A DNA stretch of 48,014 nucleotides from Acidimicrobiales bacterium. GTDB lineage: Bacteria; Actinomycetota; Acidimicrobiia; Acidimicrobiales; AC-14. Below the pieces are notes generated by a model, which worked only from the letters and a program-made list of their open reading frames with translations, ran no database searches and was not told the DNA's origin. Below, one piece after another: positions 7,397 to 15,498 of this stretch (position 1 is its first letter; each line of letters starts with the position of its first letter). Both the position numbers and the translations under genes were made by a program. Location: contig DATACM010000356.1 in assembly GCA_036259055.1 (NCBI GenBank), forward strand, positions 1-48,014. The letters are read 5' to 3'.

Positions 7397-8305
7397 CTAA
7401 CCCAGGGCGACGGCGGTCACCCGGGGCAGCCCCTCGGCCAAGGTCTCCCACGTGCGCCCGGCGTCGGAGGACGCGTACAGCGTGCCCCCAGGGGCGGCGA
7501 AGACCACGCGGCCGCCCGCCGCAGCAAGCGTGCCGGTGTCGATGTTGCCGCTCAGCCACTCGGGCAGCCCCGCCTGGCAGCGCTCGAACGGGCCCTGCCC
7601 ACCCGCCCGGCGGTAGACCGCCGACCGCTCGCCACCCGGTCCCGTCGACGCCGACACCAGCACGTCGTCACCGGCGACGGCGACGGCCCGGAGGTACGTG
7701 GCGTGCAGCCCGTCGGTGACCATGTCCCAGCTGTCGCCCCCGTCGGCGCTGGTGGCCAGGCCGTAGGCGCTGGGAGCCAGCACCGACCCGTTCACGGCCA
7801 GCACCTGGTGGACGTCGGTGTCGATGTCGATGGTCGGCTCCCACGTCTCCCCGGCGTCGGACGAGCGCACGATGCCGCCGACGTGGACGTTGGCGTAGAT
7901 CGTGCCGTCGGCGCCCACCGACAGCGAGCGGGTGTCGGGCGGGCCGCCCCACGGCGTGTACCAGCCGTCCCTGCCTTCGGTCTTCTCGAAGCCCGGCACC
8001 GGCTCGGCCCGACCGTCGCGCACCCGCAGCAGGTGCGCCTCGGCCGTGCCGACCAGGACGTCGTCGCCGGCGGCGACCAGGCACCGGGCAGGGGGCCCCT
8101 CGTCGAACGAGGCCACCTGGTCCCAGGGCCCGTCGGCCTCTCCGGCCCACAGGAACCTGTCGCCCAGCAACGCCAACCAGCCCCGGCGGTCCGGCGCCGG
8201 GGCGAGGGCGGTCACCCTGCCGCCGGCGAGCTCGACGGGGCGGTGCTCGCCCAGGCGCATCAGGCCCTCGGTGGTGCCGACGAGGACCGTAGGACGAGCG
8301 CTCAT
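7397..8305 (-). CDS. BNR/Asp-box repeat beta-propeller protein
   Basis: Three SxDxGxTW-type Asp boxes ('SSDAGETWE', 'SADGGDSWD', 'SSDAGRTWE'). Its ATG overlaps the upstream pirin stop (ATGA at 8302-8305). Confidence 0.8.
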   Translation of the reverse strand: MSARPTVLVGTTEGLMRLGEHRPVELAGGRVTALAPAPDRRGWLALLGDRFLWAGEADGPWDQVASFDEGPPARCLVAAGDDVLVGTAEAHLLRVRDGRAEPVPGFEKTEGRDGWYTPWGGPPDTRSLSVGADGTIYANVHVGGIVRSSDAGETWEPTIDIDTDVHQVLAVNGSVLAPSAYGLATSADGGDSWDMVTDGLHATYLRAVAVAGDDVLVSASTGPGGERSAVYRRAGGQGPFERCQAGLPEWLSGNIDTGTLAAAGGRVVFAAPGGTLYASSDAGRTWETLAEGLPRVTAVALG

Positions 8306-9027
8306 CGCCGGGTCTCCCAGATGAGGACCTCGGCGCCTCGCTTCGCGTCAGCAACCAGCCGGGCGCTGCCGGCAGCGGTGAGGCGGGCGGCGTCGCCTTC
8401 GTACAGACGCCCGGCGCCCGCCAGCTCGGCCGCGCCGCGTGCCACGAACAGATGGACCCACCGGGCGTCGGGGACGCTCACCTGCTCACCCGGCCGCAGC
8501 CGCCCGCCCCAGAGGACGGCGTCGCGCTGGCGGATGGCGATGGCCGTGTCGTGGCCGCGGCCGGACGCGACCGGCACCAGGCCGCCTCTGTCGATCTCGG
8601 CGTTGATGTCGAGCTGCTCGTAGCTGGGGTCGACCCGCTCGGTGTCGGGCAGCACCCACATCTGCACGAAGTGGACGTCGGCGTCTCCCCGGGGGTTCAT
8701 CTCCGAGTGCCAGATCCCGGTCCCGGCGCTCATGCGCTGGGCCAGGCCGGGGTAGATCACGCCCTTGTTGCCGACCGAGTCCTTGTGCTCCAGCTCGCCG
8801 TCGAGCACCCAGGTGACGATCTCCATGTCGCGGTGGGGATGGGTGTCGAAACCCGTCCCCGCCCGCACGACGTCGTCGTTGTTCACGAGGAGCAGCCCGT
8901 GATGGGTGTTGGCCGCGTCGCGATGATGGCCGAAGCTGAAGCTGTGCCGGGAGTCGAGCCAGGGAAGGCGCGTGTGGAAGCGGGTGTCCGCTCGGCGGAC
9001 GTCGATGGTGGCCGTCGCAGTAGTCAT
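8302..9027 (-). CDS. pirin family protein (start 9027 or 9048)
   Basis: 'FHTRLPWLDSRHSFSFGHH...GFDTHPHRDMEIVTWVLDGELEHKDSVGN...QRMSAGTGIWHSE' is the bicupin pirin signature. The upstream part of track ORF 8302..9279 is P/R-rich. Confidence 0.85.
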   Translation of the reverse strand: MTTATATIDVRRADTRFHTRLPWLDSRHSFSFGHHRDAANTHHGLLLVNNDDVVRAGTGFDTHPHRDMEIVTWVLDGELEHKDSVGNKGVIYPGLAQRMSAGTGIWHSEMNPRGDADVHFVQMWVLPDTERVDPSYEQLDINAEIDRGGLVPVASGRGHDTAIAIRQRDAVLWGGRLRPGEQVSVPDARWVHLFVARGAAELAGAGRLYEGDAARLTAAGSARLVADAKRGAEVLIWETRR

Positions 9028-9083
9028 CTCGTCGCGCACAACGCCCATGTCTCGCTGGCATTCCCGGCGGGCGCCGGCCGGCC

Positions 9084-9785
9084 GTGAACGGCGTCTACCG
9101 CTGGCTGCGCTCGTCGGTGGGAAAGGTCGGCCGGCTGACGCTCCCCGGGGTGCGCCAGGTGCACGCCCAGGTGGCGGTGTACGCCAAGGCGTGGGAGGAG
9201 GCCAACGCCCTCGCTCTCTCGGGTCAGGGGCCGCTCTGGGTGGTGCTCGGCGACTCGACCGCTCAGGGGATCGGCGCACCCTCCTACGACCAGGGCTACG
9301 TCGGGCAGCTGCGGAGGATGCTCGACGAGCACTCGTCCCGTCCCTGGCGGGTGCTCAACTTCTCCCGCTCGGGGGCCCGTGCCGCCGACGTCGTGAACGT
9401 TCAGCTGCCGCGGCTCGAGGAGCTGGACACGACACCCGACCTGGTGACCTGCGCCATCGGCGCCAACGACATGGTGCCCACGCCGCTGCCCCAGGTCCTC
9501 GACTCGATAAGGGAGATCATCCGCCGGCTCCCCCGCGGCTCGATCATCGCCACGATCCCTCAGGGCCTCCGGTCCAGCCGGGCGACGGTCGTCAACGAGA
9601 TGATCCGCGACGAGGCACCCGCCGCCGGGCTGGTGGTGGCCGACGTGTGGGCGCACACCGGGCCACCGTGGCACGGGAAGCTGGCCGAGGACGGCTTCCA
9701 CCCCGGGTTGGCCGGCTACGCCGAGTGGGCCAAGGCGTTCGCCGAGGCCCTCACCCAGGTGCCGCCCCGGCGGGACAGCGGCTGA
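9084..9785 (+). CDS. SGNH/GDSL hydrolase family protein
   Basis: Block I 'VVLGDSTAQG', block III 'CAIGANDMV', block V 'EDGFHPGLAGY'. GTG start. Confidence 0.8.
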   Translation: MNGVYRWLRSSVGKVGRLTLPGVRQVHAQVAVYAKAWEEANALALSGQGPLWVVLGDSTAQGIGAPSYDQGYVGQLRRMLDEHSSRPWRVLNFSRSGARAADVVNVQLPRLEELDTTPDLVTCAIGANDMVPTPLPQVLDSIREIIRRLPRGSIIATIPQGLRSSRATVVNEMIRDEAPAAGLVVADVWAHTGPPWHGKLAEDGFHPGLAGYAEWAKAFAEALTQVPPRRDSG

Positions 9786-9797
9786 CGCCCGTCCCGG

Positions 9798-10343
9798 TCA
9801 GACGCGGGCGACGTTGCCCTGGATGTCGACCACCCGGACGGTGGCGGAGTGGAAGCCGTCCTTGTCGTTGACGCTGCACTCGATGGTGGTGCCCACCTCG
9901 GCCAGCCGGACCTTGCCCGGCCCGCACTCGACCCGGGCGCTCTGGTCGCCCCACGTGCGCTTCACCACGTCGAGCACCTTGGCCAGGGAGACGACCGCCT
10001 TGGTGAGCTCGAACTCGTACTCGGCCGTCTTGGCGTCGCGGTCGACGTCGGTGATGGTGACGGTGTAGGGCGCCGGGAGCCCCTCCACCAGGACGCTGCA
10101 CCCGAACGTCGCGCCCTTGCGCAGCTCGGCGCGGGTCGCGCACCTGGCCTCCCCCACGTTCAGGTCGGGCGTGGCCTGCTTCTGGCGGGCGACCAGCTGC
10201 TGCTCGGCCTGGGTCGTGTCGAGCGCCCCCTCGGTCGTGCGCGTCTCGTCCGAGCTCTCGGTGCCGTCGACCGTGTCGTTGCCACACGCCGCCGCAAGGG
10301 TCACCAACAGCCCGAGGACGACCGCGGCCGCACGTCTGGTCAC
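9798..10343 (-). CDS. DUF4333-like lipoprotein
   Basis: GTG 10343 is preceded by GAAAGGGGGGG. The lipobox is 'LLVTLAAC'. Two repeats of a Cys-containing module ('ARCATRAELRKGATFGCSV', 'RVECGPGKVRLAEVGTTIECSV') are typical of DUF4333. Track ORF 9798..11837 runs on upstream as a shadow frame of the aldehyde dehydrogenase gene. Confidence 0.7.
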   Translation of the reverse strand: MTRRAAAVVLGLLVTLAAACGNDTVDGTESSDETRTTEGALDTTQAEQQLVARQKQATPDLNVGEARCATRAELRKGATFGCSVLVEGLPAPYTVTITDVDRDAKTAEYEFELTKAVVSLAKVLDVVKRTWGDQSARVECGPGKVRLAEVGTTIECSVNDKDGFHSATVRVVDIQGNVARV

Positions 10344-10414
10344 AAGCCCCCCCTTTCGCACTTGGGTGACGAAAACCGCGCTCTTTGGCGCTCTCAGCGT
10401 GCCAGAACGCCGCC

Positions 10415-11830
10415 TCAGAGCTGGACCGACTTGGTCTCGAGGTACTCCTCCAGACCGTGACGGCCGAGCTCCCGCCCGAGCCCCGACTGCTTGTAGCCTC
10501 CGAAGGGGGCGAGGTGGTTGTACCCGCCGCCGTTGACGTCGACCTGGCCGGTGCGCAGCCGCCGGGCCACCGCCAACGCCCGCTCCCGGCTCCCGGAGAA
10601 CACCGCCCCGTGCAGCCCGTAGATCGTGCCGTTGGCGATCCTCACCGCCTCGTCCTCGTCGTCGTAGGGGATCACGGACAGCACCGGTCCGAAGATCTCC
10701 TCCTGGGCGATGGTCATGTCCGGCTTCACGTCGGCGAAGACGGTCGGCTGCACGTAGTAGCCGCGATCGAGCCCGGCGGGCGGCTCCGGTCCACCGGCGA
10801 CGAGGGTGGCGCCCTCCTCGATCCCCTTGCGGATGTAGGCCCGCACCCGCTCCTGCTGGACCTTGCTCGCCACCGGCCCGAGCCGGGCGTCGGCCAGTGG
10901 ATCGCCAGGGACGAACTCCTCCGCCACCTTGGCGGCGATGGCGACGGCCTCGTCGTGGCGGCTCCGGGGCACGAGCAGCCGGGTCCACGAGAGGCACGTC
11001 TGGCCGGCGTTGAGGTAGCACTGGCTCACCGTGGCCCGCACCGCCTCTTCGAGGTCGGCGTCGTCGAGCACCAGGGAGGGCGACTTGCCTCCCAGCTCGA
11101 GGGTGACCCGCTTGACCGTGGCCGCCGCCGCCGCGGCCACGGATCGCCCGGCCGGCGTGGAGCCGGTGAACGACACCATGTCGACCGCCGGATGGGAGAT
11201 CAGCATGGTGCCCACCTCCGACCCGTAGCCGCTCACCACGTTGAGCACGCCGGCCGGAAGCCCGATCTCGGACGCCACGTCGGCCAGCACGAAGGCGGAC
11301 AGGGGCGCGATCTCCGAGGGCTTGGCCACGACCGTGCACCCGGCGGCGAGCGCCGGCCCGACCTTGCAGGCCAGTTGGTACAGGGGGTAGTTGCACGGCG
11401 TGATGGCGGCCACCACCCCCACCGGCTCGCGGACGACCAGCGACCCGCCGACCTTCTCCTCGAACGGGTGGTCGAGGACGAGATCGGCGAAGGAGCTCAC
11501 CACCAACGCCGGGGCGATCGCCTGGATCAGCTTCGCCATGGAGACGGGCATGCCCACCTCCCGGGCGACGAGCGTCCCGATCTCGTCCGACCGGGCGACC
11601 AGCCCCTCGTGGAGGCGCCGCAGCCACCCGGCACGGTCCCCGACGGGTGTGGCCGCCCACCCCTCGAAAGCGGCGCGGGCGGCGGCCACCGCCCGGTCGG
11701 CGTCGGCCGGGGTCCCCCTCGGCACCCGGCCCAGGATCTCCTCGGTGGCCGGCTCGACCACGTCGATCGCCTCGCCACCGGCCGGCGGCACCCACTCGCC
11801 GCCGATGTAGAGCCTCTCGCGGACGTGCAC
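10415..11830 (-). CDS. NAD(P)-dependent aldehyde dehydrogenase
   Basis: 471 aa, with 'ELGGKSP' (catalytic Glu region) and 'NAGQTC' (catalytic Cys). The ALDH layout is seen along the whole length. Confidence 0.9.
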   Translation of the reverse strand: MHVRERLYIGGEWVPPAGGEAIDVVEPATEEILGRVPRGTPADADRAVAAARAAFEGWAATPVGDRAGWLRRLHEGLVARSDEIGTLVAREVGMPVSMAKLIQAIAPALVVSSFADLVLDHPFEEKVGGSLVVREPVGVVAAITPCNYPLYQLACKVGPALAAGCTVVAKPSEIAPLSAFVLADVASEIGLPAGVLNVVSGYGSEVGTMLISHPAVDMVSFTGSTPAGRSVAAAAAATVKRVTLELGGKSPSLVLDDADLEEAVRATVSQCYLNAGQTCLSWTRLLVPRSRHDEAVAIAAKVAEEFVPGDPLADARLGPVASKVQQERVRAYIRKGIEEGATLVAGGPEPPAGLDRGYYVQPTVFADVKPDMTIAQEEIFGPVLSVIPYDDEDEAVRIANGTIYGLHGAVFSGSRERALAVARRLRTGQVDVNGGGYNHLAPFGGYKQSGLGRELGRHGLEEYLETKSVQL

Positions 11831-11847
11831 GCCTCAAGCCTGCTCTG

Positions 11848-11881
11848 CTCGGGACCGGCGTGCCAGCGGGCCGGACCCGAG
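11848..11881 (-). terminator. candidate terminator hairpin after the frameshifted secreted-protein gene
   Basis: CTCGGGACCGGC-gtgccagcgg-GCCGGACCCGAG has 12-nt arms with 11 base pairs and one central A.A mismatch, and a 10-nt loop. It lies between the gene end (11893) and the ALDH start (11830). Confidence 0.35.
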
Positions 11882-11892
11882 CGGAGGCGTCG

Positions 11893-12404
11893 CTACGTCG
11901 TGGCGTCGTGCACGTGGAAGTTCCCCTGGTCGATCGGGAACTGGTGGCTGGCCAAGTTCGGGCAGACCTGCGGAGGGGCCGGCCGGAAGGTGAAGTTGTA
12001 GCTGTCGGGCGCGCCGTTGTCGTCGTTGTCGCGGACGTCGATCAGCACACCGGTCCCGGGAGCGGGATTGGGGAGCACGCCTCCGGGCTCGACGGGCTGG
12101 TTCTTCGTGACCTCACCGCCACGATCGCCTTGTTGCCGCTGACGAAGAGACACGTCACCTTGCCCGAGAAGTCGAGCGGGAGCCGGAAGAACGTCTGGCG
12201 CACGAAGAAGCTGCCGTTGGCGGTCCCATCGGGATCGCCCTGCGCGTTCACGTGCACGAACGTTCCGAACTGCTCGATCTTCCCCGACCCTGCCACCGAG
12301 TCGTGCTTCGGACCCTGCCCCTGGCTGTGGGCGGCGCCGGCGCCCGACGGCACCGCCACCACGGCCAGTGCCGCGACCATGACACTAAAGAGAAACCGCC
12401 TCAT
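11893..12404 (-). pseudogene. secreted protein gene interrupted by a 1-nt frameshift
   Basis: Signal peptide 'MRRFLFSVMVAALAVVAVPSGAGAA' follows RBS GGGAGGGG. The coding signal continues from track ORF 12042..12446 ('...VTCLFVSGNKAIV') into ORF 11893..12153 ('GGEVTKNQPVEP...') after a -1 shift at about 12115-12122. Confidence 0.55.
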
Positions 12405-12577
12405 CGCCCCTCCCGTCGATCGTCGTGGACCGCCGGTCGCGAGCACCTAGGGATGCCCGCCGCGCGACCGAGGAGGCTTTGTAACACCGCTAGTGATGCG
12501 AAGGCAATAGGTGCGATCGGAACTCATCGCGCGGACGAACGGGTGGACGCGGTGCGGGCGGGTCCGCCCCCTGACCC

Positions 12578-13366
12578 TCAGGTCTGGTGGCGCGGGCACG
12601 ACCAGGTCGTGCGCCCGCCGACGGTGCGCCGCACGAGCGGCGTGCCGTCCTTCGGGCAGACGCCGCCTGCCCGCCGCTCGGCCATGAGCTCGCCCATGTG
12701 CGAGCCGCCACGGGCGAGCAGGTCGGCGAGGGTGGCGCGCAGGTGCCGGTGGAGGCGCCGCCTTTCGGCCGGGGTGAGGGAGCCGGCGGGACGGGCGGGG
12801 TCGAGTCCCGCCCGCCACAGGATCTCGTCGGCCGCCAAGTTGCCCACGCCGGCCAGGTGCGACTGGTCCATCAGGCGGGCCTTGAGCGGCGCGTGGCTGG
12901 TCGCGAGGACGCGGGCCAGGGCGCGGGGCGGCAGGGTCAGGGCGTCGGGTCCGAGACGAGCCTCGTCGGGCTCGAGCTCCACCCCTCCGAGCCGGCGGGG
13001 ATCGCGCATGCGCAGGTCCCCGCCGCCCACGAAGGTCAGGGCGAAGCGGTCCCACACCTCCAGCTCACGGTTGCTGGCGTAGACGAGCTCGTCGAGGGCG
13101 GCGGCGCCGTCGACGAGGAGGCGCCCGCTCATGCCGAAACGCAGGCCGAGCACCGGCCCGGCCCCGTCGTCGGTGTCGAGGAGGAGGAGCTTGCCGGTGC
13201 GGCGCACGCCGGTGACCCGGCGTCCCTCGAGGGCGGCTCGGGCGGCCGCCGCCGTCAGCCCCCGCTTGAGGTACCAGGCGTCGGGCGCCACCACCTCGGC
13301 CACCCGCCGTCCCACGACCCGCTCGGCCAGCCGCCGGTAGACCTCCACCTCGGCCAGCTCGGGCAG
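12578..13366 (-). CDS. Fpg/Nei family DNA glycosylase/AP lyase (CTG start)
   Basis: The N-terminal 'PELAEVEVYRR' is encoded upstream of the track's GTG 13348. The only possible initiator between the in-frame TGA (13370-13372) and the catalytic Pro codon is CTG 13364-13366, 6 nt after GAGAAGGAG. The H2TH region is 'LMDQSHLAGVGNLAADEILW'. The C-terminal finger is 'CPKDG...CPRHQ'. Confidence 0.85.
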   Translation of the reverse strand: MPELAEVEVYRRLAERVVGRRVAEVVAPDAWYLKRGLTAAAARAALEGRRVTGVRRTGKLLLLDTDDGAGPVLGLRFGMSGRLLVDGAAALDELVYASNRELEVWDRFALTFVGGGDLRMRDPRRLGGVELEPDEARLGPDALTLPPRALARVLATSHAPLKARLMDQSHLAGVGNLAADEILWRAGLDPARPAGSLTPAERRRLHRHLRATLADLLARGGSHMGELMAERRAGGVCPKDGTPLVRRTVGGRTTWSCPRHQT

Positions 13367-13421
13367 GGTTCACTCCTTCTCTGGGCGGGGCACTCCTCAG
13401 CCGAATGTAGGGCCACCGGGA

Positions 13422-13472
13422 CGATCTGATCGGCGAAGTGGCTCTCCAGCGACCACTTGGACGATCAGTTCG
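13422..13472. promoter_or_regulatory. 51-nt palindromic module, copy 2
   Basis: CGATCTGATCG (13422-13432) and CGATCAGTTCG (13462-13472) have centres 40 bp apart, with inner GTGG (13438-13441) / CCAC (13453-13456). All spacings are identical to 885-935. It lies in the divergent region between the Fpg gene and the FrhB-like gene. Confidence 0.5.
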
Positions 13473-13544
13473 GTTGAGCGGCTACGGCACTGCCGTCGGC
13501 TCGAGCGACGGGAGACGACCAGGGGCCGCTTACAGTGGGCCCCG

Positions 13545-14696
13545 ATGGCACGGGAGGTCCTCCACTGGGCGCACCTGTTCGACGAGGTGGTGACGTCCGG
13601 CCTGTGCACCGGCTGCGCCGGCTGCGTCGTGGCGTGCCCCCACGACGTGCTGAGCTACGACGACACCGGAGGCGTGTACAAGCCCTTCCACATCGAGGAG
13701 GAGGGCGGCCCCGGGGGGTGCATCCACGGCGACAAGGGATGCACGTCCTGCACCCGCGCCTGCCCCCGCTTCCGCTCGTGGGAGCCGGAGATCGACACCC
13801 ACCTGTTCGGGCGGCCCCGCCGGCCCGACGAGGTGGACGGCATCTCCAAGGACATCATCCTCGCCCGGGCCGCCGACCCCGAGATCCTGGAGCGTGGCCA
13901 GGACGGCGGGCTGGTCTCCGCCATCCTCCTGTGGGCCCTCGAGCACGGCTACATCGACGCCGCCCTCGTGTCCTACCTCGAGGGCGACGGCAGCACCTGG
14001 AAGGCGATCCCGGGCGTCGCCCGCACCCGCGACGAGATCCTGGCCGCCGCCGGCAGCCGCTACACCTACTCGGCCAACACCATGGCCTACGCCGAGGCGG
14101 TGGAGAAGGGGGCGGAGAAGCTGGCCCTGGTGGGCATGAGCTGCCAGTCGTCGGTGCCCCCCGTGATGACGTTGCGCAAGGCGGGCAAGCCGGCCCGGCG
14201 CTTCGTCCTCAACATCGGGCTCCTGTGCTCGAAGACGTTCGACGACGCCATCTTCAGCGAGCTGCTCGAGGCCAAGTACGGCCTGCGCAAGCAGGACATG
14301 GTGAAGATGAACGTCAAGGGCGTGCTCCAGATCTGGATGCGCGACGGCAGCTACCACGAGGTGCCGCTCAAGGAGTGCCACGCCTGGACCCGCGAGGGCT
14401 GCAAGATGTGCCCCGACTTCGCCGCCGAGCACGCCGACATCTCCACGGGTGGGATCGGCGCCTTCGGCGACTGGACGCTGACGATCGTCCGCACCGACCT
14501 CGGCCGGGAGATCGTCATCAAGATGCTCGAGGACGGGACGATCGAGGGCCGCCCCGGCGACGACGACCCGGGCGCCATCGCCCTGCTGCGCAAGCTCTCG
14601 ACCCGCCAGCGGAAGCGCTGGCCGGAGACGGCGGTCGACGCCCCCCGCCTCGCACCCCCGCCGCCGCCCAAGGCACCCGAGCCGGCGGCCACCTGA
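13545..14696 (+). CDS. coenzyme F420 hydrogenase/dehydrogenase beta-subunit (FrhB/FdhB) family protein with 2x[4Fe-4S] N-domain
   Basis: 'CTGCAGCVVACP' and 'CTSCTRACP' are ferredoxin motifs. 'GQDGGLVSAILLWALEHGYIDAALV', 'GSRYTYS' and 'LALVGMSCQ' are FrhB-family landmarks. The tail is Pro/Ala-rich. Confidence 0.8.
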   Translation: MAREVLHWAHLFDEVVTSGLCTGCAGCVVACPHDVLSYDDTGGVYKPFHIEEEGGPGGCIHGDKGCTSCTRACPRFRSWEPEIDTHLFGRPRRPDEVDGISKDIILARAADPEILERGQDGGLVSAILLWALEHGYIDAALVSYLEGDGSTWKAIPGVARTRDEILAAAGSRYTYSANTMAYAEAVEKGAEKLALVGMSCQSSVPPVMTLRKAGKPARRFVLNIGLLCSKTFDDAIFSELLEAKYGLRKQDMVKMNVKGVLQIWMRDGSYHEVPLKECHAWTREGCKMCPDFAAEHADISTGGIGAFGDWTLTIVRTDLGREIVIKMLEDGTIEGRPGDDDPGAIALLRKLSTRQRKRWPETAVDAPRLAPPPPPKAPEPAAT

Positions 14697-14733
14697 CCTG
14701 CCCGACGGGCTCGTCCGAGACGCCCTGACCCTC

Positions 14734-15498
14734 GTGGTCGGCCTGGCCACGGGCATGCTGTCCGGCGCCTTCGGCGTGGGCGGGGCGGTCATCTCCACGC
14801 CCGGCATCCGCATCCTGGGCGCCTCCGCCTTCGAGGCGGTCGGAACCACCCTGCCCGCCATCATCCCGAGCGCGGCGGTGGGCACCGCCCGCTACGCCCG
14901 TGAGGGACTCGTGGACTGGCCGATCGTCGGGGCGACCGCGCCCGTGGGCGCGGTCACCGCAGTGGCGGCGTCGTACGCGTCTCACGCCGTCCCCGGTGAG
15001 GGCCACCTGCTGATGGTGCTGACCGCGGCCATCCTCGGCTACACCGCCTGGCGCATGGCCCGCAACGACGAGGCGTCGGCCGAGGACCACGAGGACGGGG
15101 AACGGGCGACGTCCGGCGACCGTCGCTCGCTGCCCGGGGCGGCGGGGGTGGGCGCCGTGGCCGGTGCTCTGTCGGGGCTGTTGGGCGTGGGCGGAGGGGT
15201 CGTGCTCGTCCCCGGGTTCAGCGAGCTGCTACGCCTCCCCCTCAAGACCGCCATCGCCACCTCGCTCGCCTGCGTCGGCATCCTGGCCGTGCCCAGCACC
15301 GTCGCCCACACCCTCCTCGGCGACATCGACTGGCGGATGGCCCTCCTCCTCGCCGTCGCCGTCGTCCCCGGGTCCCGCCTCGGCGCCGTCCTCTCCATCC
15401 GGGCCACCGACCGCCGCCTGCGCCTGGCGGTCGCCGGGTTCCTGGGCGCCATCGCCGTCGCCTACGGGATCGGCGAGATCAGCGCCGCCCTGCGATGA
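14734..15498 (+). CDS. TauE/SafE (DUF81) family sulfite/anion exporter (start uncertain; in-frame CTG 14698 possible)
   Basis: Two repeats of the 'G(M/L)LSGxxGVGGGxxxxP' motif ('GMLSGAFGVGGAVISTP', 'GALSGLLGVGGGVVLVP'), with multiple TM helices. Confidence 0.8.
   Translation: MVGLATGMLSGAFGVGGAVISTPGIRILGASAFEAVGTTLPAIIPSAAVGTARYAREGLVDWPIVGATAPVGAVTAVAASYASHAVPGEGHLLMVLTAAILGYTAWRMARNDEASAEDHEDGERATSGDRRSLPGAAGVGAVAGALSGLLGVGGGVVLVPGFSELLRLPLKTAIATSLACVGILAVPSTVAHTLLGDIDWRMALLLAVAVVPGSRLGAVLSIRATDRRLRLAVAGFLGAIAVAYGIGEISAALR

Noticed and set aside
9798-11837. 679-aa ORF spanning the lipoprotein and aldehyde dehydrogenase regions
   Set aside because: Only its last 181 codons (from GTG 10343, with a strong RBS and lipobox) look like a real protein. 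The upstream part is a shadow frame of the ALDH gene (10415..11830).
12115-12122. Programmed ribosomal frameshift in the secreted-protein gene
   Set aside because: There is no slippery heptamer or downstream pseudoknot-like structure. A single G loss in a G-run explains the shift more simply (mutation or sequencing error).
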